From an uncultured Trueperaceae bacterium (GTDB lineage Bacteria > Deinococcota > Deinococci > Deinococcales > Trueperaceae), in contig CAWFFU010000003.1 of assembly GCA_963815215.1 (NCBI GenBank), positions 448,001 to 512,000 on the forward strand: a stretch of 64,000 bases of DNA. The letters run 5' to 3'. Of the stretch, positions 42,226-54,600 are shown piece by piece. The number at the start of each line of letters is the position of its first letter. The stretch's first letter is position 1. The notes below the pieces were generated by a model. That model saw only the letters and a program-made list of their open reading frames with translations, made no database searches and was not told the origin of the DNA. Made by a program: the position numbers and the translations under genes.

Positions 42226-43493
42226 TGGTGTACCTCTGCTGCGGCCACCTCATCGGCGAGCGGCTTGGGGCCCAGCGTGACCACCGTCGGCTCCGGGAAC
42301 GGGTGCTCGGCCAGGTAGTCGTTGATGCGCTTCAGGTCCACCTTCTCCACCTCGCCGCGGATCTCATCGAGCGTGCGCGCCCGTCCCTGTAGCAGAGCGT
42401 CGGAGGCCAGGCGCGAGGCGCGGGCCGAACTCGACTCGCCCTGCATCACCACCGAGGACAGGATACCGGTCTGAGCACGCTCCAGCTCGTCGGCCTCCAC
42501 GCCCTGCGAGAGCTTGCCCAGCTCGGCCACCACCACATGCAGCGTCTCGTCGGCGCGCTCGGGCGTGGTTCCGGCGTAGCCGAGCGTGTAGCCGAAGCCG
42601 TGGAGGGCCCGGTAGGAGGCGCCGACGCTGTACACCAGGCCGCGCTTCTCCCGCACCTCGGTGAACAGGCGGGCGCCCATGCTGCCGCTCAATACGTGCA
42701 GCGCCAGGTCGTAGGCGTAGACGTCCGGGTCCGACGGCGCGGGCGCCACCAGCGCCAGACCGATCTGCGTCTGAGCGGAATCGGCACGGACGTGGCCGCG
42801 GCCGGGTGAGCGCACGACGGGTGTCGGCAGCGCCACGGACTCCCCCGTCCAGCCTCCGAAGGCACGCTCGACGCCATCCCTGACGGTGTCCCAATCGGCT
42901 CCGCCCGCCAGTGCCAGGATGGCTCCGTCAGGGCCGAGCCGCCGCTGCGCGTCCTCCCGCACGGAAGCCGCGCTCAACGCGGCCAGCCCCGCCTCGCTAC
43001 CGAACGGACTGCGCCCCTGGCCACCTTCGAGGAAACGGGTCATCAGCTCGTTGAACAGCCGCTGCGTGGGGTTGTCCGCGAGCGATTGCAGCTCCTGCTG
43101 CGCCAGCTCACGCGCCGGTGCGAACTCATCGTCGTCGAGTCGCGGCTCGGCCGCCATCGACGCCACCAGGGGAAGCACCTCGGCGAGCTCGGCCGCCAGG
43201 AACGATGCCGATACACTGGCCATCTCGCGCCCGGCGCCGCCGCCGCGTCGCACGCCCAGTCCCTCCAGGGCGTCGGAATGCGCGCGCGAGTCGAGGGTGC
43301 CGGCGCCACGCTGGAGCCAGTCGTGGAGCACCGTCGCGCTGCCTTCCCGACCGTCGGGGTCGGTCGCGGAGCCGAACGGAAGCATCAAGGTCGTGCTCAG
43401 CGTGGGCAGCCACGGCATCGGCTCGAACAACAGCCACAGGCCGTTGGCGAGGCGGTGCTGGTAGATGCGCTCACTGCTCGGGTTCGAAGCCAT
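42222..43493 (-). CDS. M16 family peptidase, non-catalytic partner
   Basis: LANGL start, RLFTEVREKRGLVY, no HxxEH. Confidence 0.88.
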   Translation of the reverse strand: MASNPSSERIYQHRLANGLWLLFEPMPWLPTLSTTLMLPFGSATDPDGREGSATVLHDWLQRGAGTLDSRAHSDALEGLGVRRGGGAGREMASVSASFLAAELAEVLPLVASMAAEPRLDDDEFAPARELAQQELQSLADNPTQRLFNELMTRFLEGGQGRSPFGSEAGLAALSAASVREDAQRRLGPDGAILALAGGADWDTVRDGVERAFGGWTGESVALPTPVVRSPGRGHVRADSAQTQIGLALVAPAPSDPDVYAYDLALHVLSGSMGARLFTEVREKRGLVYSVGASYRALHGFGYTLGYAGTTPERADETLHVVVAELGKLSQGVEADELERAQTGILSSVVMQGESSSARASRLASDALLQGRARTLDEIRGEVEKVDLKRINDYLAEHPFPEPTVVTLGPKPLADEVAAAEVHQ

Positions 43494-43569
43494 GGGAACG
43501 AGTATAGCCCCGGTCCGCAGCCGTACGGGTCGCGCTTCGAGCGCGCACGCCGACGCGTCGGCGTGCCGG

Positions 43570-44277
43570 CTAGGCGGGGCGGATCGTCAGCTCGGTCACC
43601 GTGCTCGGAGGGTCCAGGGCGAGCACCGCTGCGATCTGGGAAGCCACGTCTTGTGGGCGAACGAAGGCATCGGGGTCGTATGCGCGGCCTTCCTGGCGGT
43701 GCACCTCACGCTGCATGGGTGTGGCGGTGCGGCCCGGGTACACCGTGGTGACCCGCACCTTGCGGGCCGCGACCTCCTGGCGCAGGCTGTCGGCCAGCGC
43801 GCGAAGCGCGAACTTGCTGGCGGCGTAGGCGCTCCATCCCGCGTTGGCATGGAGGCCGGCGCCCGAGTTCACGAACACGACCTGGCCGTGGGCACGCTCG
43901 AGCGCGGGGAGCAGCGCGCGCGTCAACCGGTACGGGGCCCGCACGTTCACGCGGTAGTGCTCGTCGAGAACGGCTGTCGCGGTCTCGGCGACGGTGCCCA
44001 GGCGGATCATCCCCGCGCAGTGGACCAGCGCCGCCACGGTGCGGGCTTCCAGCGACGCGACCCAGCCGTCGACGGCGCCATCGTCGGTCAGGTCGAGCAC
44101 GCGGAGCTCGGCGCGCCCGCCGGCCGCCGCCACCGCCCGACCCACCTGCGCCAAGCGCTCGGCGTCGCGACCCTGGAGCTCGAGCCACGCTCCGCGCGAC
44201 CCCAGCTCGGCGGCGAGGGCGCGGCCGATGCCGCTGCTCGCGCCGGTGATCACGATGGGATGGTCGACGTCGATCAT
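43570..44277 (-). CDS. SDR family oxidoreductase
   Basis: TGASSGIG, NSGAG, YAASK, YPGRTATPMQ. Confidence 0.9.
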   Translation of the reverse strand: MIDVDHPIVITGASSGIGRALAAELGSRGAWLELQGRDAERLAQVGRAVAAAGGRAELRVLDLTDDGAVDGWVASLEARTVAALVHCAGMIRLGTVAETATAVLDEHYRVNVRAPYRLTRALLPALERAHGQVVFVNSGAGLHANAGWSAYAASKFALRALADSLRQEVAARKVRVTTVYPGRTATPMQREVHRQEGRAYDPDAFVRPQDVASQIAAVLALDPPSTVTELTIRPA

Positions 44278-44332
44278 CGCTCTCGCCCTCGCGCAGCCGG
44301 CTCCTCCGACGCGTCGTGGCGGACCCAGCGCC

Positions 44333-45160
44333 TCACGACAGCGCTGCCAGCGCGGCGCCGGGGTCCTTGCTCGCCGCCAGGCTGCTCCCGATCAGCACGC
44401 CGTCCGCGAGGCCCCGCAACGCCTCGAGCTCCGCGCGCTCGGCGTACCCGGACTCGGCTACGCACACGCCGTCGAAGCCGCCGCGGAGCGCGCGTTCGAT
44501 CAGGCGCGGGGCCACCCCGAGATCGATCTCGAGGGTCCTGAGGTCGCGGTTGTTGACCCCCAGGACGCGCGTTCCCGCCGCGAGCGCACGGGCCAGCTCG
44601 GCCTCGTCGTGAACCTCCACCAGCGCCTCGAGGCCGAGTGACGAAGCGAACGCGAGGTAGTCGGCGAGCGCCCGGCCCAGTACGGCCGTGATCAGCAGCA
44701 CCGCGCTGGCACCCGCCGCCCGCGCCTCGAGCAGTTGCATGGGGTGGACGACGAAGTCCTTGCGCAACAGCGGCACCTCGACGGCCGCCGCCACCGCCTG
44801 CAGATGCTCGAGTCGCCCGAGGAAATGCCGCGGCTCCGTCAGAACGCTGATCGCCACCGCACCGGCGGCCGCGTAGCTGCGTGCCAGCTCCACCGGATCG
44901 CGATCAGCGATGGCGCCCCGTGAGGGGCTGGCGCGCTTGACCTCCGCGATGATGCCGATACCGGGCGCCCGCAGGGCAGCGATCAGGGACGGCCGCAGGG
45001 GAGCCGGCTCGGATCGTTCGGGCAGCCCGGCCTCGGCGTAATCCTGAGCCCGCTCCCGCGCGATCTCCCCCAACACGCCGGGAACCGCCTCCAGCGTGTC
45101 GGGCCCGAGCGGGCGGGGCGTCCACACCTCGGCCTCCGACGGAGCGGCCCGCTCAGCCAT
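44333..45160 (-). CDS. trpC: Indole-3-glycerol phosphate synthase
   Basis: IAEVKRASPS, SVLTE, LLRKDF, GVNNRDL, AESG. Confidence 0.95.
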   Translation of the reverse strand: MAERAAPSEAEVWTPRPLGPDTLEAVPGVLGEIARERAQDYAEAGLPERSEPAPLRPSLIAALRAPGIGIIAEVKRASPSRGAIADRDPVELARSYAAAGAVAISVLTEPRHFLGRLEHLQAVAAAVEVPLLRKDFVVHPMQLLEARAAGASAVLLITAVLGRALADYLAFASSLGLEALVEVHDEAELARALAAGTRVLGVNNRDLRTLEIDLGVAPRLIERALRGGFDGVCVAESGYAERAELEALRGLADGVLIGSSLAASKDPGAALAALS

Positions 45161-45443
45161 AGACGAAGAACCCCCCGCGCATCGCGCCGCCCTGTCCCCA
45201 GGTGACGTCGATGTCGGAGACCTCGGCGTGCGGAGGTCCCTCGCGCAGTTTGACCAGCAGGTGCTCGAGCTCCGAGCGCTCTCCTTCGGCGACCACTTCG
45301 ACCCGACCGTCCGGCAGGTTCTCGACGTAGCCGCGGATCGACAGATCGAGCGCCTGCCGTCGGGCGAAGGCGCGGAAACCCACGCCCTGCACCCGGCCGC
45401 GTACCAGCGCGGTCAGGCGTGCCGAGTTGGATGCTGTCGTCAT
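45153..45443 (-). CDS. acyP: Acylphosphatase
   Basis: GRVQGVGFR, GYVENLPDGRVEV. Confidence 0.93.
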   Translation of the reverse strand: MTTASNSARLTALVRGRVQGVGFRAFARRQALDLSIRGYVENLPDGRVEVVAEGERSELEHLLVKLREGPPHAEVSDIDVTWGQGGAMRGGFFVYG

Positions 45444-45602
45444 CAGGCGCCATGGTACCGCAGTTTCTCATGGCGAGGTGCTACCATCAGAACGCGGGGG
45501 CGCCGTCGGAACCGGCATTTCTCGCACATCTGGCTCTCGCCGTGAGCCCGCGGCAGCCGGCCGCCTCCACCGCCCGATGACCCACGTGACTGCCGAAGCC
45601 CC

Positions 45603-48600
45603 ATGCGACGACGAACCCTCGTCACCCTGCTGGCGCTAGTGGTGCTGATCGCCCTCGCGGCGATCGCACCACAAACGCCTCTGGGACGCGCTTGGCTACT
45701 CGGCCGGGCGCGCGCCGCGCTGCAGTCCTCGGGCATCGTCCTCGATTACCACGATGCGACCGGCAACCCATGGACCGGCGTTCATCTGGACGACGCCAGC
45801 GTGCGCGCCCCCGGGCTCGAGCTGCGCGTCAGCTCGCTCGACGTGCGCTACTTCCTACCGTCGTTGCTCACCGGCGAGCTGCCCCTGTCCGTGACGATGG
45901 ACGGCGTGCGTGGCTCGGTGGACGTAACCGCGCTGACGCGGGCCGGACGCTCCGCGAGCTCGGCGGGGCTGCCCGTGACCCCAGTGCTTCAAGAACTCAC
46001 CGTCAGCGACGCCTCGTTGACCGTCCAACAGGTGCCCTATACCCTCCCGAGCGGCGCCGTGAGCAACATCCGCATCCGACAACGCGGCGACACCCTGGAA
46101 CTGCAGGCCCACCTGCGAACCGCCGATGGCAGCGCGGACGGACGCGGTGTGCTCGATCTGGCCGGAGGCAGCTTCGACGGCGAGGTCACCCGCGCCGACG
46201 TGACGTTGGCACGGCATTGGTTCCCCGGCGCCGCTGGCGGCACCGTCTCCGGCCCGCTGCACGTGGGTAGCGACGGCATCCACGGCGACTTCACGCTCCG
46301 CGACGGGTCACTCGACGCGATCGGTCTGAAGCCGACGAACATCCACGGCGCGGTTCGCCTCCGCTACCCGCTCATCACCGCCAAGCTCCAAGGCACGGTG
46401 CTGGGCGGCGCCGTGCAGGCCGATGGAACGGTGAACATCGCCGCCCGCCACTGGGAGGCCCACGGCCAGGGAAGCCCGCAACTGGCCGCCGCCGCGGCCT
46501 GGCTCGGCAGAGGGCAGCTCCCCGCGGCCGACCAGATGCCGCTGACGGGCAGCGCCGCCACCACGTTGGACGTGGCAGGTTGGACCGGGGTGCACGTGAG
46601 CGGGACCGCTCATGGGAGCGGCGCCCTCGCGGGTCTGCCGCTCGCCGGGCTGGCCTCGAACTTCAGTTACGACAGCCAGCGGGGCGTGACCGTGCAGGCG
46701 ACGGGAGTGGTGGCGCAGGGACCCACCGTAGTCACGGTGGCGTCGGGACCCGCCGGCACCCGGATCGAGGCGAACGCGAAGCAGATGGCGCCCCTTCCTG
46801 GGCAGCGCGTCGACGCTCAGTTCCAGGTCGAGCTCACCGCGAAGGGCGCCGGCGGCACCCTCCGACTCACCGATCACGCCTCCCTGCCGGATCGGCAGGC
46901 GGTCGTGTCCCTCGAAGCGGGACTCAACCGCGACGGCTGGCAAGGTGTGGTGCAAGGGAGCGACGGCCTGGGCGGTCGCCTCGAAGGCGCGCTCGCCCTG
47001 GCGGCCGGATCCCTCAGTGGCGAGCTGCGCGTGCACACGCTGACGCTGCCGGGACTGACGTCCCCGATCGACGCCGGCTTGAGAGCCGACGGTCCGCTCA
47101 CGGCACTGCCGCTCACCCTGACCCTGGGCGTAGGGGCGCCGGTGACCGTCGGCCTCGCCGGCGAGACGCTCGAGGCCGATCTGAGCGGCCACGTCAATGC
47201 CGTGCTGGAGGGTGCCCGGCTGCGCCAGATACGGGCCGCGCTGGGTCCGCTCACGGCGTCCGGCGAGCTAAGGCTGGCGCCGTTGAGCGGAACGCTCGGT
47301 CTGGAGCTGGCGCCGACAGCGGTGCGCGGCCCGGTCACGGCACAGCTGTCGCTGGCTCAGGGCACGATCGACATCGGCCCCAACGGCCTTCAGCCCCACG
47401 GCACGCTGGACGTGGGCACGGTCCTGGCGGGGCCACTCACGTTCCGGCCGGGGCCACTCGAGCTCACACCCGGCAACGGCTCCGGCGCGGGCCTGGTAGC
47501 GACCTCGAAGAACGGCCACATGACCGTCGAGGTAGGCGCCGGAGGGGCCCAGGCGACCCTCGCTGGGATGTCGTTCGCTCTCGCCGGGCTACCGGTCACC
47601 GCCGACGGCAGCGTCCGGCTTCCGTTCGGAACTGCCGGCAACGCAGGCGCGGCCACGACCCGCTCGGCCGCTCCCCTGGCGGCGCTCCGCCCCGACCTCA
47701 CGCTTCACAACGGCGACGCCGCGCTGACCCTGCGGCCGAATGACGGGAACCTCGCACTCGAGCTCACCGCCCCGGCCGGGGGCCGGCTCGGCCCCTTCTC
47801 GCTAACGCAACCCCTGCACCTGTCCGGCGAAGCCGATCTCACGGCCGCCCACGCCGACCTGACCGGTGCCCTGGGGAGCGTTCCGCTGTCCGCCGCAGCC
47901 GATTGGCCGGCGAGCGGGATGCGCGCCGAGGCGAGTGCCGGCTCGCGACCTCAGCGACTCGACGCGACGCTCACGGCACAGGGCTGGAGCCTCACCGGCT
48001 CGCTGCCGTTGGCACCGGTCGGTGCGGCGCTGACGCTGCCCCTGGCAGGCACGCTGCGCGCCGACCTGACGGCGGAACGCAACGCAGCGGGGGTCCGCTA
48101 TCGCGGGACCGCCGACGTTCACGTCACGGCTCCGCTCGCCGGCGAGGTGAGCCTGGCCGGCCGCGGCGACCGCCTCGAGGCGACGCTGCGATCGGGCCTG
48201 GCCGGCACGCCCCTGCGCGCCGAAGGCACCCTGCTTCCCTCCCTCGCGCTCGTGGCGCACGCCGGCAGCCTCGGCCCCATCGACGTCCGAGGGGGTCGCC
48301 TGACGGGCTCGGGAACGCTTCCGGCCCGTACCCTGGCCGCAGGCGTCGAGATGCCGGCGCTGCCATGGACCGTCGGAGGCTCGTTGTCGCCTCTCGCCAT
48401 CGATCTCGTGCTCGGCGGCGGACACGTCCACCTGGCCGGCGGGCGGCTCGCGGCCAACCTGCGCCTGCCGTTGCGGTACCGGGGCCAGCCGCTGCTCGCC
48501 GAGCTCGCCACCGCCGGAAGCGGCCCGCTGGACGACGTCGCCGGCGCACCTCAGGTTCGCCTCGACGGCGGTTTGGGGGCGTTGCCGCTCACGGCGCGGC

Positions 48601-51600
48601 TGCTGACACGGGACGGGACCTCTCTGCTCGACGTGTCGGGCACGCCCGGAGCCTTGAAGCTCACCGGAACCGTTCCGGCCGCCGTGGCTGCCGGTCCTCT
48701 GCCCGACGCCCTGACGCCCGCCGGCACCATCGCGCTGACCGGCGAGGCGAGCCTCACCGGCATCTCGAGCTACCGGCTCGACGCCCGCTGGCAGGCCGGG
48801 GCATCCACCGTCGTCGCGGCCCTCTCGGGCGGTGTCACCAGCTACCGCCTCGACGCGCAGGGCGGCGGCTTCACATTCCAGGCCTCGCCCGGGCGAGCGA
48901 CCCTCACGGCGGACGCGGCCGACCTCCGCCCGCTCTTCGTGGGGCTGCCCCTCGACGCTGCGTTGAACGGCACGCTGCACCTCGAGAAAGGCCATTGGAG
49001 TGGGGCCTTGCACGCCCGGGCCACCACGCCAGTCCTCCTCTCGGCTGATCTCACCGGTACGGGCACGGGCCTCGAAGCGGCGATCCATGCCGCCTACGGT
49101 CCGGTGCAGGCCGACGTCTCGGGCGCCGTGCTCCCGGCTCCCCGGCTCCAGGCTGTGGCGCGGGCCTATGGGACGGCGCTACGACTGGAAGCGACCACGC
49201 AGGGGAGCTGGACCGACCTTCGCGTGGCCGGCTCCCTGACGACGTCCGCCGTCGCCGCGGCGCCGTGGCTCGTCCTCCCTGACCGACGGGTCTCGCTGGC
49301 CTGGGAGCCGCTGACGGGATCGCTGTCCGCAAGCGGCGGCGGACTCACCCTCAGCGGCAGCGTCACGGAGCTGCGGGGTTCGCTGACGCTCCCGCTACGC
49401 GTAGCGGGGATCGACGAGACCCTGGCCGCGGATTTCGCCGGCTCCGCCCTGCGACCCACGTTGCGCGGCAGCATCACCGGGGCCGCCGTCCATGGGACCT
49501 TCTCGGCGGGTGTCGACAGCGGCCTCGACACCTCGTTGGTGGTGAGCGCCGCGGGCGCACAAGCGGCGCTCGGGCCCAGCGCCCGCCTCGTCGCCGGCGA
49601 CAGCAACGTCCGTGCCCACGCGGCACTCGACGGGAGCTGGAACGCGACGCTCGGCAGCGCCCTGACCCTCGGCGCCGCCACCCTCCCGCTGCACGCGGCG
49701 CTGGACGGACGACGAGCGAGCTACACCGGCACCCTCGCGCTCCGGTCGCCGGCGCCGGACGCCTCCCTGGTCAGCGCTTCGCTCCGTGGGACCGGCGCCA
49801 GCATGAGCGCGACCGCCGATCTGTCGCAGGTCGACTTCACCCGAGTCGGCGAGCTGCTGGGCGTTCCGCTCGACGTTCATGCCAGCGGCGAGCTCACGGT
49901 GGCCAGCCAGCCGCTGGCGGCCACGTTGCGCGTCCGGGCAGACGGCACGGTGGCCGGGCGCAAGCTCACGCTCGAGGGGCACGCCGGCAACGCCGGTGGG
50001 GTCGACTTGACCGCGGCCTTCGGGCCCCTCACGTTCGGCCTTACGCAGGCGGGCGGATCGGACGGCGTGGGCGCGCCGCTGAGCCTTCGCGTGCTGAGCG
50101 CGGACGGCGCCAGCCAGCTCGCAGGAACGCTCGACCTGGGGGCCTCGACGGTCCTCGCCGTGACGGGCACCGTCGGCGGCAGCCCGGCAACCGTCCATGC
50201 CGCCGGCGACGCGTCCGCCGGCAGCGGCACGCTCCGGCTCGCGTTGGGCGCGGCCTCGCTCGATGCCGACCTGCGGCGGACCGACGGCACCAGCGACCTA
50301 CGGCTCGACGTGAACGCACCGGCCGGGAGCCTTCGAGCGCTGGGGACCTCCCTGGCGGGGACCGTCGCCGCGGAGTTGTCGCTGGCGCAGGGCGCGATCA
50401 CCGTGCGGAAGCTGCAGGTGGCGAGCCCGACCGGACCCACGGCCTGGGGGTTGTCGCTCTCCGGACCGGCCTATCCCAACGCGGACCTGAAGGGCACCCT
50501 CGGCGCGCCCGCCTGGAAGCTCACCGGCGACGTCGCCGTCGCCGGCCCTGCATCCCGGCTCGGCATCACGCTCCGGACGGGGAGCCTGGAGGTCGACGCC
50601 GCCATGCAGGGGCCGAGACTCCACCGTGTGCGGGCCGACGGCGCGGCGCGGCTGGCGCTGGCGGCACAGTGGATCGACATCCGAGCGAAGGAGCTCGCCT
50701 GGGGACCGGACGCCGGCTTCACGGGGAGCGCCACGATCCGGGCGCCGGCCCTCCTCGTCGGTCTCCCCGGGGACCTCGTGGCCGACGTGACCGGTGATGG
50801 ACCGCTGAGCGCTGGTGTCACGGCCGGCCCCGCCGACCGGCCCTGGCTCCGCGCCAGCGCCCAGCTGGCGCCGGACCCGTTCCGGGATCCCACGCTCCAG
50901 GGCACCACCGCGTTCGACGTTCCGCTGATGCAGCTTCTTGGCGGTGTGACCACGGCCGACCTGCTACTGACGGGACACCCTGCGCTGTCGGGTACCTGGC
51001 GGCAGCCGTCGCTCGCGGGCGACCTCGCTGTTCAGGGTGCGCTGCAGGCTCAGGGACCCGTCCGCATCGGGAGCGAGGGGGGCTCGCTGAGCCTCCACGG
51101 AGGCGGTCTGAGCCTGGACGCCAGCTACCGAGGCGGCGCCTGGAGCGGCACCTTCTCGATGCAGGACGTCGCGCTCGCCCCGTTCGACGCGCGCCTGGAC
51201 GGCGCCCACCTGAGCCTCCGCGCCGACCTTGCCGGCGGGCGCGGACGGAATCTGCAGGCCAACGTGTCCTCCCTCCAGCTGACGGCTCCCGGGGCCAGCC
51301 TGACAGGCTCCGGGACGCTCGGCAGCGGGTTGCGCGTCGCGCTCCAGGTTCGCGCCGACCTGTCCGCGATGAGCCTCCCCGGCCCCAAGCTGCAGGGCCT
51401 GGTGCACGGCCCCCTGGTCCTGGCGGCGCCCAGCCTTGCCGATGTCCGGCAGGGGACCCTGGTCGCGGTCCTCGACATGGCCCGGGTAGGGCTGGCCGGA
51501 ACCGGGGGCACCGTCGACGGCACGCTCCAGGTCGGTGGCAGCCCCGCGGACCCCAGCCTCTCGGCAACACTCCAAGGCGCGGGCGAGGTCCACGGCCAGC

Positions 51601-54600
51601 TACGAGCCGACGCGCGTCCGGCCCGGCAGCGTCTCGACCTCCACAGCACGCTCTCCTTCCGGGGCGTCGTCACCGACCTTGGCCTGGTGTTGAACAACGG
51701 TCGAGTCGAAGCGTCGGGACTGGCTCGCGTGGGGACGGCCGAAGCGGACCTCTCGACCGACACGCAGGGCCGCCTGCAGGTCACCGGCGCCGGTTCCTTG
51801 CTCGGCTGGCGGGCCACTGTCGCCGCCGACCTCGCACAGGCGCAGCTGGAGGGCCCGTTGACCTCGCTCGGCGTCCACGCCGTCGGAGGGGTCACCCTGA
51901 CGTTCGGATCCGAGCCGTGGCTGAACGGGCGCATCGAGGGTGCGTCGTTCCAGGGCATCGACCTCGGGACGTTGAGCGTGACCAGCCAGCGCCCCGGCGC
52001 GCCCGTCGTCCTCGACGGACCGCATCTGAACGGCTCGCTGCAACCGACGACGCTGGCGTGGAAGCTGCACCTCGACGCACAGCCGCTGGCCGCTGGCGTC
52101 GCCGCCGGCGGCGACGCCAGCGGGACGGCCGCGACCGGCGACGCGACGGTGCACCTCACCGGGACGGTGGCGGGATCGCCTGCGGCGGTCTCGCTGCGGG
52201 CCTCGAATCGCGGCGGCGTTTCGCTTCAGGGTAGCGGCACGATCCTGGGCGGCCGGCTCGAGCTGGCGGCCGCTCTCGCCGGCGGAAAGCTGTGGACCGG
52301 GTCGCTGTCCTTGACCGGGGCCCGAGTGGCGGGGTTGGGCGGCTCCTTCGACGCCAGCCTGGCCGGCCCCGCCAACGACCCTGCCCTGGACGGCCGCCTC
52401 ACGCTCCAGGGGGTGCTGCAAGGCAGCGCACGCCTGCACGCGTCGCCTGGCCGCGCCACGATCGAAGCCGCATTGCAGGGAGCCGCCCTCGGCAGCGCCG
52501 TGCACGTGACAGGGTCGCTGGCGCCCACGCTCGACCTGACGCTGTCGACCGCCGGCTCGTCGGGGCCCTCCCAGGGGAGCGTTCGCCTGTTCGAGACGGG
52601 AGGGGCGGTACACGCCGACGGCACGCTGGATCTCGCAGCCGGTCCCGTGGTCGTGGGGCTGGCGGGGAGCGGACCCGACACCCCGGTCGGGGTCAGCCTG
52701 CGCGTCCCGGCGCTGCCCGGGCTGGCCTTCCACGGCGAGCTCCCCGCCGAGGCCCCACTGGCCCTGGCAGACACCCTCAGGACCGCCGGGCTCGCCCTCA
52801 CGGGCGCCGGCAGGACCCGTGGACGGCTCGCGCTCGAGATCGCACCGGCGCCACGGGCCACGCTCCATGACGTCCGATTCGACCTCGGCGGGACGGTTCT
52901 CTCGGCCAGCGGGACCCTGACTCCGGCCGGGACCTCGCTTCAGGGAGCCCTCGCGCTTCCAGACAGCTTCCCTGTGGACCACGTGGGTGGCGCCGAGCTG
53001 CCCTACCGGCTGACCCTGGAGAAGGGCGCGCTCACGTTGAGCTCCGACGGCGCGCTCGGCACCCTGAACGCCACGATCGCGACGACAGCCGGCCGAGGCA
53101 CCGTGCGGGCCGACCTCCACACCATCGGCGAAGGAGGGGGCGTGGGTGCGGGAACGGCCTCCATCGCCCTGTCGTTCGACCCCTCGAACGGCCCCTCCGG
53201 CACCGTTTCCGTCAAGGACGTGCAGGTCTCGCGCAGCGGCCTCCCCTCCCTGACGTTGTCCGCCGACGTACGAGTGGCAGCGGGGAGACTGGCAGGCAGC
53301 GCCGACGTGAAGGCCCCCCATGGCGGCGTCCACGTCGACGGCGGTTGGGGGCTCGGCGGCTTGCTCCCGAGCGCGCTCGCGCCGAACGCTCCGAGCGGCG
53401 GCTCCCTCCAGGCACGTGTCAACACCTTCCAGTTGGCCAGCCTGCCCACCGTGGCGCGCCTGGCGCCACACGTCGCGGGCGCCGTGAGCGGCATCGTGCA
53501 GCTCCGCAACGACACCGCCGTGGCGCAGTTGGTCGCACCCGGCTTCACCGTAGCCGGCACCGCGTTGCCACTCGAGCTGCAGCTCAGCGGCCCGCTGACC
53601 GACCTGAGCGCGCAGCTCAAACTCGGCACCAGCGTGGCGACGGCCACCTTGCGTGCGGACCGCGCCAGCGGCGTCCTGACCCTGAGACGCTTCCCTGCAC
53701 AGGTCCTGGCCGAGGCGAGCGCCGGCGCCACGGACATCCAGGCCGAGGTGGACGGCCTACTGCGCTTCGACATCCCGTTCCGCGACCCGGCCTCGAGCTA
53801 CCTGCGCATGGCGACGGAGTCGATCCGCCTCGAACGGGCGGGGGTGGTGACGACCGGCAGCCTTGCGTTCGCCTACAACGATCACGCATTCACCTTGGAG
53901 CAGGCGGCCTTCCAGGGGCGGGGCACCTGGCAGGCGCAGGGAAGCGTGGACGCCAACCATCTCGATCTGCGCCTGAGCGCGAACGACGCGGACTTCGGCC
54001 CGCTCCTGGGCCTCGTTCCCATGTTCGCCCGCTACGGCGTCGGCGCGAACGGCAGCTTCGATCTCATCGCCCAGGGCTCCCCCGCCAGACCCGACATCAA
54101 CCTCACCGCGAACAGGCTCGACGCGCAGGTAGCCGGCACGCGCTATCGCGTCGACCACGCCAACGTCACCCTCAAGGGGAGCGCGCTCACGGCGGTGGCC
54201 ACCATCGTCGGGATCGCGCCTCTGGGCGGGTCGCTCGACGCCCACGGCAGCGCCCAACTGACGCTGGCGCCGCTGGCGCTGCGGAACACCGACTTCCGTT
54301 TCACGGGGAGCGCCCGGGTTCCGGTGTTCGGGACCGTCACCGATGTCAGCGGCGGCATCACACAGCCGCCCGGCAGCGCACCCCAGCTCGCCATCTCGGG
54401 CAAGCTCGGCAATCCGTTCACCATCCGGGGCTCCCTGGCGCCGTTCGATGTCACCTTGCGCGGACAGGGCCTCGACCTGCAGGCGAGCCCCCTGCTCGTG
54501 ACCTCGAGCGTCGTAGACGCCAACGTCACCATGAAGGCCACACCCACCGGGCTGGCCCTCGGCGGCGAGCTCGATGCCGCCGAGATCCGGATGGACCTCG

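Noticed and set aside
38092..42318. 1408-aa plus-strand ORF and other long antisense or alternate-frame ORFs (15707-18088, 13086-14996, 548-2266, 53345-55024)
   Set aside because: They overlap well-supported genes, have R/G/P/A-rich motif-free translations, and are expected from stop-codon scarcity at high GC
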